Notes: a model not told the origin generated them from the sequence alone. A stretch of DNA of 59,390 bases, filler included, from Bonamia ostreae (GCA_040357525.1; 6 parts of 6 records of this genome joined end to end with filler, not necessarily neighbours in it); one strand, 5' to 3'; counted from the first letter of the whole stretch, positions 26,712-40,262 are shown. Numbers and translations are program-made.

Positions 26712-28351
26712 ATGGCTTATTTATTTGACTTTCAAAACAATTCATTTTTCACAAAAATTAAAAGAAAATACGACGTGTATCAAATCATTAAATGTCTCGC
26801 CTTTTCGGAAGTATTCGTTGGCGACGGTGTGCAACTAGCACCTACTTTCGTGATCATAGTGTGTGCCCTTCTTACCGGAATAATAATTAGGAATCTTGTA
26901 TACCCACACATCAACAAAACTTTCAAAAAGTACTTTTCTTTGATCATAGTCCTCGTTACAATGTTCATTTTTGTTAAAAAATAGGCTGCTGGTTTTAATG
27001 GGCTTATCCACACTTACCTACCTTTCTTTAATGATCGTAGGTGAAAACTCGTTGTTTTCAAAGATTCATACTATCTCCGATGTATATCGGTCTTATCACA
27101 AAAAATTTGACAAATTATTCGATTTCTTTGGGTTTTTTTAATAAATTTAGTGACATTCATTTAGGAAACCACTTAAGGTTCTATTTAAGTTTGACTATAC
27201 AATTCAACAAACTATGTTCTGTTTCCGATAAAATGATTGACGCACTGTTAAAATCGAATACCCTGGATTATATAAATGCCACCTTCGAAATTGGGATGAA
27301 AGACTTTTTCAAAGCGATGGGGAAAACTCTGACATCCATGGCTGGAAAAACTAGTGAACTTGCTACTAATATAAACGATTTAATTTCGTTTATAGCAAAG
27401 GTAAATATTTTTAACTGTGACTAATAGAACTTTAATCCGTACATCGAAGAGTTTACTAATCAAGTGTCCAAAATAAGCGGCGTATTCTATATTTTCGATG
27501 ACATGATAATGTACAGTCGAAATGTATTCACTTTCTTCCTTGTTAATCTTGCGCTGATACAATACGGAGTCTCTATTCTCTTCTGCATTTACTTTCTGTT
27601 GCAAATAAAAAACGAATGGAAATTACGCTTAAAATTTATTTCAACAATCTACTTTGTTATCAGCTTCTGTATTATCTACATTAAATACTTGTTGTATATT
27701 CGAATTATATGGAGTTGTTATTTTTTTCAAGGTTTATTTAAAAATACTCAGATGTTACGAATAAACTTGATTCCATCAAGTATGTTATGTTTCGAAATCA
27801 ATATTTTGTTGACGAGAATAGATGCTTTTCGCATTGGAAGAGTTTCAATCAAACTAAGACAAGCAACTCGTTCAATATGATCGTTGAAATTTGTAAGTCT
27901 TGTCTTTTTAAAAAGGACTCGTTGATTTTCGATGAAATGTATGCTGAAATGAATATCAACAGCAATGGAGTTCTGTCATATGCTGAAAAAGGTTATAAAG
28001 TTTTGAAGAAGATGAGATTTTTACTGGAAGAATGGAAGATGTTACTGTTATTAATTCAATTTATTAATTAGAATTCAGCCTGAAGTGGGCGAAAATAGCT
28101 TTGCGAGTGTGTTCTTAGGAGCGATCGTTACAGACTTGATAAACATTTCCGACGGTATAGAAAAAGACTTCGGAAACAGAACTTCTTTTATTAACGTTAT
28201 AAAAGAAGCGGAATCTTGCGAATTTGCTAACGATTTATATGTTTACTTGACAAGTAATGCATGCAACCTTATTCCAAATTTAATTTTTGCTCTTATTTTG
28301 TTAGAAATTTGTCTTCTTCTGTGTTTTAGTGTGATACCTCTAACTTTTTAA
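26712..28351 (+). CDS. Multi-pass membrane protein, possibly prominin/tweety-like, multi-exon
   Basis: Several hydrophobic segments separated by two helical loops; C-terminal SCEFANDLY..ACNL followed by a TM segment. Confidence 0.55.
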
Positions 28352-29329
28352 AGAATAAAACGATTAAATGTTATCCCAAAATTGTTAAAATTTTTCGTCG
28401 TCGCACATCGCAATTTTTATATTTATTTTGATTTATTTAACGGTAAAAAATTACTTGAGTGAATATTAGCCACCCTGTTGAACTATAAAGCTGACTAGAG
28501 ACATTACTTTTTCGTATTAAATGCTTTTTTTCTGATTAAAACAATGGTTAATTCCTATTAAAATGGCAAATCCTTATACAAAATCTAGAAAACAAACAAA
28601 TAGAATCAATTGTGGGAAAACAAATAAATGGATGCATTTATGGCAATGAAGAAGAAACAAATGAATAACTTTTTAGTAAAATGCAAAGAATGTAAAAAAG
28701 ATGGTTGGTTCAAAAGAATAATGATTCAATTTAACACAACAGTTTAAAAGTCCGCCTAAATGAGGATAACCCTAATCTTTAAAAAGGGACACCAAAATTA
28801 AAAAAAATCAGGACATCAACACTATAACGATATATGGTACAGCTTGGTGTTAGTCAACTGCAAACCTGAAATTCACTCGATATTGTCGGTTGCTCGTGAA
28901 ATGGGTTAAGGATACTTTTTTGCTTGAAATGTCCGCGTCACGCGCTCCCGGGAAAGGGTCCAGGAGTTTTAGCGGAATAGAATCTCGCACTATCAGAACT
29001 AGTCATCCCATCGCCATCTGTTTCCACCGGGGTGTCAAATAAAAAATCACAAAAAACTAAAAATTGGTTCTAAAGAATGATCTATAATATTTAAAAATTG
29101 AGCTCCCAAATATTCGATTATTCAAATAACACAAGAGGATGTTTAAGCGGGATCTGCACCTAAACTATTTCAAAAAAACGTTTAAAAAAACGTTTCAAAA
29201 AAAAGGTTTAGGGATTTTAAAATACATTGTATGCGTTTAATAAAACTAAGTTAATCCCATTTCGTTTTTTCCGAGTTTATAGAAATTCGTTATTGAAACA
29301 AATAACATCGTTTCAATTGCATTTTTAAA

Positions 29330-30066
29330 ATGAATGATATTATAGACTTCCAAAATTCAAATTTTTTTTTCTTCGCAAAAGTCAAACCCAAGTACGATAT
29401 CTACGAGTTCTTCAAATGTTACACAGCATCTCAAATGGCTATTAATGTTTGCTTCGATAAATTTAGATGATAAAAAGCGACGGTATACAATTCGTCCCTG
29501 TTTTCGTGATCCTAATCTCCATCGTGCTAACGGGGATCATAATCCGCAACCTGCTCTACAAATGGATAAACTACAATTTTAAAAAGTATTTTTCGCTCAT
29601 TGTCGTTCTGATCACAATGTTTTTCTCATCATTTAAGTGCATTTTCCTTTATTGGAATCTCAACATTTGTCTACGTTTTCACTATGATTTCCTCCTTCTT
29701 CGTGAAACTTGATTCTATTTCGACCATTTACAGAAAATATCAAGAAACGGCTTACAAAGTTTACAACTTCTTCGAAGACGCAGACTTGAACAAAAACTTT
29801 GGTCTCTACACAAGACTGATACAACAATTCACCCAATTCTGCACTGTTTCTGGAGACATGGTCAAACCGATGATCAGCTCCGATTTTTTAAACTACTTGA
29901 ATGATGTGCTAAAATTGGGTCTAAAGGCTTTCTTCACTGATCTTGGCAAAACGCTAACATCAATGACGGCAAAAGGGGAAGACATGTCACAACTCGCAAC
30001 TGAATTGATGAAATTCATTTCTGAGGTAAAACTTGTAAATTAAATAAAGAACTATGATAAATACTT
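29330..30066 (+). CDS. Tandem paralog of the 26712 membrane protein, 3' truncated
   Basis: Shared DFQN..KYD.Y...KC, DG.Q..P.FVI, LTGIIIRNL.Y..IN..FKKYFSLI.VL.TM and GKTLTSM. Confidence 0.75.
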
Positions 30067-30166
30067 NNNNNNNNNNNNNNNNNNNNNNNNNNNNNNNNNN
30101 NNNNNNNNNNTTAATTAATTAANNNNNNNNNNNNNNNNNNNNNNNNNNNNNNNNNNNNNNNNNNNN
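30067..30166. other. Artificial scaffold linker
   Basis: N44-TTAATTAATTAA-N44. Confidence 0.98.
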
Positions 30167-30841
30167 TACAGTTTCGTTCATCAATGCATTCTCCAATGCT
30201 AAAATCTGGCTCTTAATGGTCACTCCTTTTCCAAACACATCAATTTTAGCAAGTGAGGAATTTGCAATAAAATTGTTGTACAACAAGTTAATGTTATCAA
30301 ACAATCCAATTTCTCTGTTGTAGGTCCCAAAATCTTCAACGCCGAGTCTCTGCTTTACCATTATTACAATTCCAAGAATACGAAACGCTAATTCGTTTCC
30401 ATTAGTCCCATTTTTTCTGCTCGGAATATTTCTGAGATATTTTACAACCGCTTTTATTACTTCTACATTTGAAACTGGGCACATCTCAATTTCAAATGAA
30501 GGCAATGTGTTGTTACTAGCAATTTTTTCAAATTCTTCCAATGTTAAATTTTTCAATTTTGAATTCGAAATCCATTTATCCATGAAAGCTTTGAATATTT
30601 TAGCTATGTACACGTTCGAAATATTGCATTTTTTCCCGAATTTGAAATTCACCGAAAAAGTTATATCGTCAAAATCCGTCTTAGAGGCAGCAATTTTGTT
30701 TAGATCTGAATCGTTTGTTTTGAACGCAAACTCCACTTTGGCTGTTTTCCCTTCGTAAAGATGATCGATATCGTCAGCAAGACTGGTTACAGACAATCTG
30801 AAGAACAAAAGAAAAGCAATGATAACTTTAAAACTATCCAT
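30167..30841 (-). CDS. Predicted secreted hypothetical protein, 3' truncated
   Basis: Signal-peptide-like MDSFKVIIAFLLFFRLSVTSLA; 225 open codons to the scaffold end. Confidence 0.65.
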
Positions 30842-31371
30842 TTCAATTTCGTATTTTCTTTAACAGCTTTTCGACAATATGCTGTAACAAAAATATATTG
30901 CAATTAATTTTCAAAATGACTTTTTACAATAAAAAAGATTTACTAAATCCTCCGATTCTATTGGTCACTGATTCCTCCGTATCTAAAATTGTAATAATTT
31001 TTTAAATTGTAACAAATTGTAATAATTTAATTTCTTTTTATTTAAATTATTTCTATCTTTAACTGCATTAAATAACTTTAAAACTGTTTAAAATAACTTT
31101 TATGTCTTTGAATTGTTTAAAATATAAAAACGATGTAGATTTTATCATAAAATTGTTATAAAAAATATTGATAATCGCCCCTTTTTGTTCGAAGATGGTC
31201 GTTCTGGTAAAAATTTCTATCGGTGAACTATTTTGGCCAAGTTATTTTTGCCATTTTCTAAAAAATCATTATTTTTTAATTTTCATTAAAACAAAAAAAA
31301 TGTAATATCCAATATACAAAACGTGCTTAACGATATTTAGTCTTCAAGCTTAATTTTCTAAAATTTAATTG

Positions 31372-33007
31372 ATGTCCACTCGAATTAACAATAAAATAAG
31401 CTTAAATTCACAAAAACATTTACGAAAAAGCCAAAAAAAGAGAAAATTGAGCCAAGAATTTATATTCAGTTTTAGCCAAGAAAACATTGAAGAAGACAAA
31501 GAAAATATGGCCACTCAAAAATTCAACAAAATTAGCATTGATAAAACACAGAAAAGAAACGCTTTAGAAGATGTGACAAACATTCAAAATGAAGAAATCT
31601 CACTCTGTCGAAGTCTAGATTTTTGGTTTGACAGCGATAAAACGAATACAAAAACCGAAAATAAATTTACTCAAAATCTAAAAAATGACGACCTTTTACA
31701 AGTTTTGGAAACAGATCTGATTCCAAAATCAAATGTCAAAATTTCAACCGAAACAAATATTTTAAAATTGCTAAAATATTGCCCACAATCGGAAAACCGC
31801 TTTATTACAAATTGCTTCGAAAAATTTCACTCAAAAAACGATAAAGTTCCAAAAACGAAATTTTAATATTTAGACAAAACTTAAATCGGCGATGACGCAT
31901 TGGAGCTACAGACCCAAAATTACTCATAAAAATAAAGACAATTTGGAAGATAATGTACTTAAAGAATGGTCTCACATTAAAAAATTGACTTTTAAAAATT
32001 TCGCTTTTTTATTGTTTTCAATTTAAAAGTCGAAAAATAATTTTTTGAAATTTGGTCTAAATTTTAAAAATCAACAAAAAGGATAAATTCCTTAATTTCC
32101 GCTTACAATTATCAAAAATTTTCAGCAAAAGCAACATCGATATATTTAATGTCCGAAAACCGGACATTGCTTTTCAAAAAATGTCAGAATCAAAAATCTG
32201 CGACTGTAGTTTTGAACTCGGTTGGAACTTTGATTAAACAAAAACTGAAAGAAGAAAGTTTTCATAATAAAATTTAGATATCAAATTTTTCGATTTTCGC
32301 CAAAATTGCGAAAAAGAAAACTTGAAAAATCGCGATTTAGACAATTTTGAACAAAACGGCGGAAAAATGTAAATTATCAAAATTTTAATTGTTTTAGAAA
32401 AAGAAAGAATTTTTTCCAAACAGACGAAAAATTGGATTTGGAATGTGCTGTGATTAAAGGGAAAACAGATGTTCACAGCATTTTCGATTTATTGCTAAAT
32501 TTTACAAAAGCTCTTTTTTTCGACTTACCGCAAATTTATTGCAATTTCCCTTTTGCCAATGCTAAATTTGAGTCTTTAAAGGTTACAACATAAAAGCTAA
32601 ATTTTAATTCGATGCTAAATTTTAACATTTTGAAAAGAGAAAAATCACTAAAACCGTTTTAAAAACAAACAAAACACGGTATACACTGCAACTTGACGGG
32701 ATATGTTTTCCGGAAAATTTAGCAGAAGTAATTTTTAGCAATTTATTTAAAGATAGCAAAAATAATAAAACGTGAAGACAAAAAATCTTCTATAAAAATA
32801 AAATCAACTCCGTTTCCAAAAAGTGAAAATCTGAACATTGCGATTTTAGACAATTTTACAGATCCAAAATATGAACAGATTTTAACTAAATTCGATTTGC
32901 AGAAAAATGAAGTAGAAAATTTTATAAAAAATGGATTCTCTAAAAATTTTGCGCAGAACAGATTTTCCGAATTTATCGAATTTGGAGAGAGAAAAATAAA
33001 TTTTTAA
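31372..33007 (+). CDS. DONSON-like replication protein (divergent), multi-exon
   Basis: Motif order SAMTHWSYRP, IKGKTDVHSIFDLLLN, LPQIYCNFPFANAKFESL, YTLQLDGICFP resembles the Donson family. Confidence 0.5.
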
Positions 33008-33525
33008 TCTTTTAAAATTTTTGTGTTTTAATTTTTCAAATTTGCCAAAATGATTTTTAAAATGAATTTTTGTTTCAATTTTTTAATTATTAATTCGAAT
33101 TTTTTTCTCCATGTCCCCTCTTTAAGAAGGCCTCAAGCCAAATTTAGAAAGGTCTATTTAAAATGCTTCTTCATCATCAAATCCAGATGTAAAAAATTAA
33201 TTTAACGTCACCAAACGAAGTTAGTCTGAAATCAATACACTTTTGAAAACTGTGCTCAAAATCTCGTAATTAAACAGCCCAGCACTAGTTTTTTAGTCAA
33301 TAAAGATTTAATCAAATCTCTCCAATTTTCATTTCATCTATTGAAGCTTTGTTATCGAAGATATGTCGTCTTGAGATTTTTTTACTTCTCGCGTTTAAAC
33401 ATTTTTGACTTTATTTTTGTTCAATGATCTTCACACGGTCATGCAAAGCTCAAATCCTTTAATAAATATGATCGGTAATATATTATAAACTGTTAATGAA
33501 AATTCAAAATTTTAGTCCACTTTTT

Positions 33526-33915
33526 ATGGCCGAATCGGATTTGATCGTGAAAAAAGAAAAATCACTTGAATGCAACCTTTGCAGAAAAAAATTCAAGTTC
33601 TCGTCGCGTCTAAAGTTTTAATTCGCAAAAATAAGAAACCACTTTCAATCCCACACAAATGTCCAATACAGAAAAATAGTGACTTGTACTTATCTGGGAT
33701 GCAACCGAACATACACAAAACGATCTAACTTGAACATTCACATAAAATCGCACCATTTAAGGAAAAACTATCGGTGTGTGCTTTGTGGGAAAATTTACAA
33801 ATTTAAGCAATCTCTCCAAAGACATCGCGAAAAAAATCACAGATTCGGTAACAGTGATATCGTCAAAAAACAAACCAATTCCTTTATTTCTGAATTTGTT
33901 GGGAAAAACCAGTAA
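33526..33915 (+). CDS. C2H2 zinc-finger protein (three fingers); may start at about 33468
   Basis: CNLCRKKF..LK|NHFQSH across an intron, CTYLGCNRTY..HIKSHH, CVLCGKIY..HREKNH. Confidence 0.8.
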
Positions 33916-34305
33916 ATTATTTTTGAATGTACATTTTACTGTTTTATAGATTTCCATCAAAATTATTTTGAAACTAATATTAGTCAAAAATGCGGTACTT
34001 TTTGCCAATATTTACAGTTTCTGCTTTCCAGAATATTAAATATTTTTTATTTGTTATTTGACAGATATCCTTTTTATAATTTTGCATAAAAAAATTTACG
34101 ATATAATATTTTCAAATTGTATATTTTTGAAAATGGTGTATTTTCAGTAGTTAATTGTTAAGATATTGTGTATTTATAATATTTTAAAATGCCTTTAACA
34201 AATTTAAATTATTGAAACTTTATCATTTGGAATTTACAAATAAGTTCCGGAAAGTTTTTACTTGAAAATTTTCTAAAAACAGTAAAAAGTACCTAAACTG
34301 CCGCA

Positions 34306-35916
34306 ATGGGAAATTTAATAAAGTTTTGTTTGTTTCTGGTGACAATAAATTGTCTCTGCGATATTTCGTCGATAATTACAGACGGAACAGAAACTTCAGG
34401 TCGAGATATGAATTTGAGCATCAACGTTCACAAAATTGCAGAGGACAGACAAGTTTTAATACTCTGTCTCGACCCATCTATGAATTTTGTAATCAGTGAT
34501 GACAACGATGAATTAATGTACTTCAAAGGCGAAGTATTGATTAAATGTGTCGATGAACAAATTTTCTTCGTCGACTTTCTTGAAAGAAATGACAGAAAAA
34601 TCAAAAATGTGAAATGTGTTAACGATTTGGAGCCGTTTATCGGAAAACAGGAAATTAAAGATCAGTGCGTTAGTAAAGCAATAGAATCGAGAATTGTTTT
34701 GTCCAGCAGTTTAGAAACTGATCTATTTTATAATAGTGGGTTGAGATTGACCGGAAGATGTTGGTTGGACAACCAGACGTTGCCAAAATATATTCAGATA
34801 AAATGTCAAAACGGCAGATATATTTATAGTGGCGAGAGAGGATTGATTGATAATGTTTTTCGGTATTGCACATGTTTTTAATTATAATTGGTAACAATAA
34901 TTTGATTATAAGGGTGTCATGTTCCAAATGAAACAATGTTCGACAACATAAATAACGTGTACAATAGGCAAATTCGCCATAAAGACATTATATTGGATGA
35001 AGGTAGACCTAAGACATACATTGAGTCAATAGATAAATTTGTATTTAAATGTGCTGACGATACGAGAGATTTCATTGCTTATGGCCCTTTTCTTATACCT
35101 AAAATATCTGTTATCTGCAATCGCCATGTTTTGTCTATATTACAATCGCCCGATACAGATTTCTATCAATACGAGCAGTTTAGTTGTCTGCGTTTTTATT
35201 GTTATTGGTATGAACATAATCTATCTTTGATGCTTTTTAAATTTTTTGTATTCTTAATAATCAAAAATTAATTTTTATTTTCGCAAACTAATTGCTAAAT
35301 GTAATTGATAGTTTTGGAAAAAAAATTTTATTAATATATAGCGAAGACAAGTGGATGCGATCTGAAACCTCTGATAAATAGCAAAATGTATAGAACAGAA
35401 AATATCCTCTATGACAACTATTTGCAACCACACAGAAACATAAAAGTTATCTGTAAAACGCCCTTTGGAAGTACTGTCAAACATACTGATTTGTTTTGCG
35501 AAGAAAGTGGGCTCAAAATAAGTGGATGCAATGCTGAAGCACAAGAACTTGATTCAGATATTTTTTGCAATAGTGGTTGCATCAACAAATCAAATTTAAA
35601 CAATCACAATTCAAATGATGTTAAAAATGTTATTGATTATAACAACGAAGTAACAGATTATGGTAACAATGAAATATTATATCATGATAATGATAATGAC
35701 GAGGCAAAAGATTATGATAAGGATAACGACGAGGCAAAAGATTATGATAATGACGAGACAAAAGATCATAAAATGAAACAAATTTACATAACACAAATTG
35801 CTGTTATTACGTTCATTTCAATATTGACGTTTGCAATTATAGTCATTTTGGTATACTTTGTGTTAAACAGAACAAATATTTTTGAAAGAAGACGTTCTCG
35901 TTTAATTCAATATTAA
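34306..35916 (+). CDS. Cys-rich type I membrane (surface) protein, multi-exon
   Basis: Signal peptide, repeated Cys-bounded modules, DNDEAKDY-type acidic repeats, TM IAVITFISILTFAIIVILVYFVL, basic tail ERRRSR. Confidence 0.75.
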
Positions 35917-35993
35917 ATCGCAGTCTAATATTTGCCTAGAAAAATTCAATCATTGTGATTATTTATATTTAATGAGTATTTAAGAAGTCATAT

Positions 35994-37206
35994 TTATGAA
36001 TACATCGAAAAATTATTGTTTTCCGAATTGTTTAAAGTTGGAGTTTGCCGTGAATAATGATAAATTCCAATAAAAAGCATTACCAAGATGAAAGACAGAA
36101 AATCTGCATTAAGTATTGTCTCAAACAAGATGTTTTACAAAAATAATCGTTGTCGACAGAACTTACACTGCCACATCCAAATACTTCCAAAGTACCTTTG
36201 TTACAGAAAACATATGTTCTTTTTTCATAATTGTTTTTGCAAACAATTTTCGCTTTATCCATATCCTTTAAAATCGGGCTGGTTCTTTCCAACAAATTGT
36301 AAATTCTGTTTTTTTCAAAAACAGCCAAATTGCAGTCGTTATTAACTTTACAGACAATTTTTTCGTGTGGAGAAAGATATAAATTTTTTGAAAATGCGTT
36401 GGCATTAGTTTCGTCAATGTCAATAACAGATAAAACTCTGTTTTTGCACAGAATTTTCTCAACATTGTGGTTTTCTTTAGATTCAATGCGTGGTTTAAAT
36501 TGTTCTTTTTTGCATCTTATTTTGAAAATTTGATCATCTTCAACAAAATTCCCGTCCGTTTCTTCAAATTCACTGCTTTTGGGATCTTTTGCCACTTCTA
36601 TTTCAAAGTCGAAAGTTGACTCGTCGAAGAAACATTCTTATTTTATTGTAAAATTTTTAAATGATAACTTGAGCAGTAATCGCTTGGTTTGAATATAACA
36701 CCATTTTCTCCCTCTAAGATAATTTTGGATTGTCTACAATGCATTCTTACTAATATCGGAATCAAATTTTCGTCATTTTTGCATTTGACAAAAGTCGAAT
36801 GATCTTCTTCTAAAATATTTAAATTTGTGCTGAGTCCAGATTTTAAGAAATTTGGAAGTTCAAAGTATTTTTTGGTATCTTCATCTACACTGCATTCTGA
36901 TGTTTCCCCTTTTATTTTGTCCTGGTCACAATAAATTAAATCTGGGGATTGAACAATTACTCCTCTTCTAATATAAATATGGTCGTATTCGCACTGAATA
37001 ACGACTTCTCCGATAAAATTTTGGTAATTTTGCATGTTTTTGATATTTAAAAGGCCACGTTGGCATCTAAGAAAGTAAATTTGATCAAAATCTGATTCGA
37101 TTAATTGAAATTCGTCTCTGTTTCCAAGAGTTTCAAGAAAATCCTGACATTTTTCAGTTAAAAGATTGGGCAGAATCAAGATCAAAGTGCATAAAATAAT
37201 AGGCAT
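35994..37206 (-). CDS. Cys-rich surface protein, paralog of the 34306 gene
   Basis: Signal peptide; shared F.GEV.I.C, GE.G.I..YC and C..GC..D.D.FC; a 23-nt GTT intron yields a C-terminal TM FLSFILVMLFIGIY. Confidence 0.7.
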
Positions 37207-37541
37207 TTGGGGTATTTTATAGAATAACTCTTTTCATGCATTATAACAATTCGAGGATAATTAATTAACTTTTTCGGTTGATTTAAAACCTGTTATAAAA
37301 TTGAATTCCAGATTCATTTATTGTCACAAAAAGTCTAATCAGCAAAGATATATCCGATTAAATGGTATTTAATACATCGACCCAAAATCGTTAAATTTCA
37401 AATTAAAAAGTTCCACCAACAAAATTTAAAATATTTTCTCGGACAGACAAAAGTCAAATTTTCCTCACTCCTCCATGTTCCAATAAGAGAAAGAAACGAC
37501 TGAAAGCACTGCGAAACTCATGTCCTTACCCTGTTCCGCCC

Positions 37542-38465
37542 ATGCCGATCTATTTTGACGAAAAAATGACTGGGTGCCCAACCCAAACGATGGAGCTTTC
37601 CCACTCGACCAATACAGTCGCCAAAGAATCTTCGCCGAAAATCAGCAACGATGAAAACTTTCAATTTTTTAATATCACAGAACACAAAACAATCAAATCT
37701 GAAGACTTGCAAGACCGCATCGCCAACGAAAAAATCGTCGAGAAAACGGAAGAAAAAACAACGCACTTTGGAAACATTGAAACTTACATGTCTGAGACAC
37801 AAACCACTATAGAAGCGGAGCTTCTATTCATCCAAAAATTGCTCAAATTGGAAATTGAACACTCAAAACAGCTTCTTAGAATATTAAAAGCAACCGCGGA
37901 AGACAAGTTTGTGCAGCCCAACAGCGGAGCGATGTTGCTGATAGGGAAAGCGGGAGTCTCGGAGCAAGAAACCCGCTTGAAAAACTTGGAGAGACTGACG
38001 AAAGCGGCTGGAACAGTAAAAAAGTCGTTCGCCTCACAGCAAAACGACTTTTTCGCGGCGATGGCAAAGATAAGAGAACTCCAAACGCAGATCGAGTCGC
38101 GGAAAGAAAAGATCAACCGCCAAGCCCTCAAACTGACCAACAAATTTTTCGAGGCGTCGCGGCGAGAGAAGATTCGGCGAAGAAGAGAAGCCATCGGATT
38201 GGAATTGGAAATAGATTATCTTAACGATTTTGAAGACAGATGTTTCGAGCTAAAAAGTGAAGTTGCCGAGAAACTGCCTAGAATGGAAAGCGTTTACAAA
38301 GATTTTTTAAATAGACTGAAGCGGTTTGTCACGGAAAGCCTTAATTCTCACGCTAAAATTGTTTTGAAGGGGGATGTGATCAACAAGAGACGGTGCAAAA
38401 GGGTAGAAATCTTAAAGGTCTCTCATTCGCAGTTGTTTGGAAAAGACGGAGTGCCGATTAGATGA
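37542..38465 (+). CDS. Coiled-coil protein, possibly F-BAR/FCH-like
   Basis: 307-aa ORF; FIQKLLKLEIEHSKQLLRILK resembles the FCH motif; helical, charged remainder. Confidence 0.5.
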   Translation: MPIYFDEKMTGCPTQTMELSHSTNTVAKESSPKISNDENFQFFNITEHKTIKSEDLQDRIANEKIVEKTEEKTTHFGNIETYMSETQTTIEAELLFIQKLLKLEIEHSKQLLRILKATAEDKFVQPNSGAMLLIGKAGVSEQETRLKNLERLTKAAGTVKKSFASQQNDFFAAMAKIRELQTQIESRKEKINRQALKLTNKFFEASRREKIRRRREAIGLELEIDYLNDFEDRCFELKSEVAEKLPRMESVYKDFLNRLKRFVTESLNSHAKIVLKGDVINKRRCKRVEILKVSHSQLFGKDGVPIR

Positions 38466-38506
38466 TATTTAGGACATTTTAAATTTGCAAAGTTTTAATC
38501 GAATAT

Positions 38507-38805
38507 TTATTTGAATTTAAATCCGCCAAGCTTTTTGGAATAATCGTCTTCTAGCTTTTGGAAAATCCTTCTGCGTTCTCTTATGTGATCCTTGTCCATT
38601 TCGTGTGTTTCGATAGCTTTTAGTGGTTAAATAAACGTTCCTTAAGAGCGAAGTTGTAAAATAAAAATGGAAGCAGAAAAATAGCAGTGAAATTCATTTT
38701 TTTGTTAAAGACAAAAGACGGCTTTGGCGGCTTTGAAAAGTCGTGCGCAGCATTTGTTATTCGAACGGCTGATTCCACAGATTCGCTGATGAGCTTCCTT
38801 AACAT
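38507..38805 (-). CDS. Small single-TM hypothetical protein (two exons)
   Basis: Removing the 20-nt intron gtttatttaaccactaaaag joins ..FYNFALKE to PIETHEMDK..GGFKFK*. Confidence 0.55.
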
Positions 38806-39556
38806 TATTTTTAAGCGATTTTGATGTAGTTTAAAGCTTTCTATTTGTATATTTTTTATACTTTTTCTATATAAATAGTTTTATGCCCATGAGCTTTAGA
38901 GGCTTTCTGGTATGTTAAAAAGTTAGAGGCTTTAGGGCTGGATCATCCCTTCCCTTCTAATCTTCTTTTTTCGATTTAAAAAATTTAATTATCGAATCGC
39001 AAATTTTGAATATTCGCCTTTTTTAGAAAATCGAGTTAAATAAAAATGGAATATTTGGATGTTTAATCTAACACAACAATTTTTTCAATATTAAAATGAG
39101 ACTTAGTTTTCCCTTCATTCTTCGATTTATTGCACTTTTTAATGAGGAAGAACGCCAACGCTGCCATGAAAATTATTAGGACTACTAAAATCAGAGTAAT
39201 AAGCATTGTTCTGCTCATGTCCATTAAAATCGAGTTTTGGTTTGAATATGTTAACTGGAATATGATATATTAGCAAATACATGTTTTAAACGATGTTCCA
39301 TTAAACATAAAGAGACCAGTTTAATAAACAAAATCTTATAAACAATATCGCCATCTCTCAAAAATTTTTAAAAAATTTTTAAAAGACAAATTAATTTGGC
39401 AATAAAACAAGTGCACTAATAACAAATTGATTTGTCTCCATTTTCAAAAAAATAAGGAAAATAATTTTTAAAAGTTAACCATTATTAGATAAATATTAAT
39501 TAATGTTTTATCAACCGAAACGATTTTCCTGTTTTAAATTATATAAAATTTACAAA

Positions 39557-39965
39557 ATGTCTACAAACAAACATTTTTCTCCAAACAATGACTTTAAATT
39601 TAACCAATTTCTCTTTTGGAAAAATCGCTTTTCGTTTTGTTTTGATATTCTGAAAACGCCTTCAATAAAGACTAAACTGTTCGCCATTTTCATTTTAAAC
39701 TTTTGCGGTCTGCTTCTTTTCTCAAAGGGAATTTTCCTCGAAAACAAAAGACATTTCGGTCACAGCAAATGTGGCGAATGGTCTAAATTTGATCATTCCA
39801 ACTTTTTTAATAAAGATTTGAGCCATTTTTTGGGTGAAAAGAAATTTGATTCTTGCCAAAAGAGCCATTCTTCCAACAAAACAATAGAAAAAGCGATTTT
39901 CGTCGTACTCGACGCGGTTCGGTACGATTTTGTTAAGTACAAACCGTCTCCGAATAAACACGAAC
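39557..39965 (+). CDS. PIGO: GPI ethanolamine-phosphate transferase (PIG-O/GPI13-like), 5' part only
   Basis: TM segment then GLLLFSKGIFL..SKC and KAIFVVLDAVRYDFV; PIG-G not excluded. Confidence 0.75.
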
Positions 39966-40065
39966 NNNNNNNNNNNNNNNNNNNNNNNNNNNNNNNNNNN
40001 NNNNNNNNNTTAATTAATTAANNNNNNNNNNNNNNNNNNNNNNNNNNNNNNNNNNNNNNNNNNNN
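39966..40065. other. Artificial scaffold linker
   Basis: N44-TTAATTAATTAA-N44. Confidence 0.98.
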
Positions 40066-40262
40066 CTTAAAAATAATTGAAAAATATGTTTTAGAACATA
40101 TCTCTAATTTTAAGTGTACAAATGTTTCAATCGATAAATAAAAAAGGGAACAAGGACTTTTTGCTTTTAAAGAAAGCGCGAGATTGAGGAGCACAAATTG
40201 GAAAGTGTGGGACAACCTCTTAACTTGCGCTATCGTTTTATCGCTAGTAAAAATATTAGATA

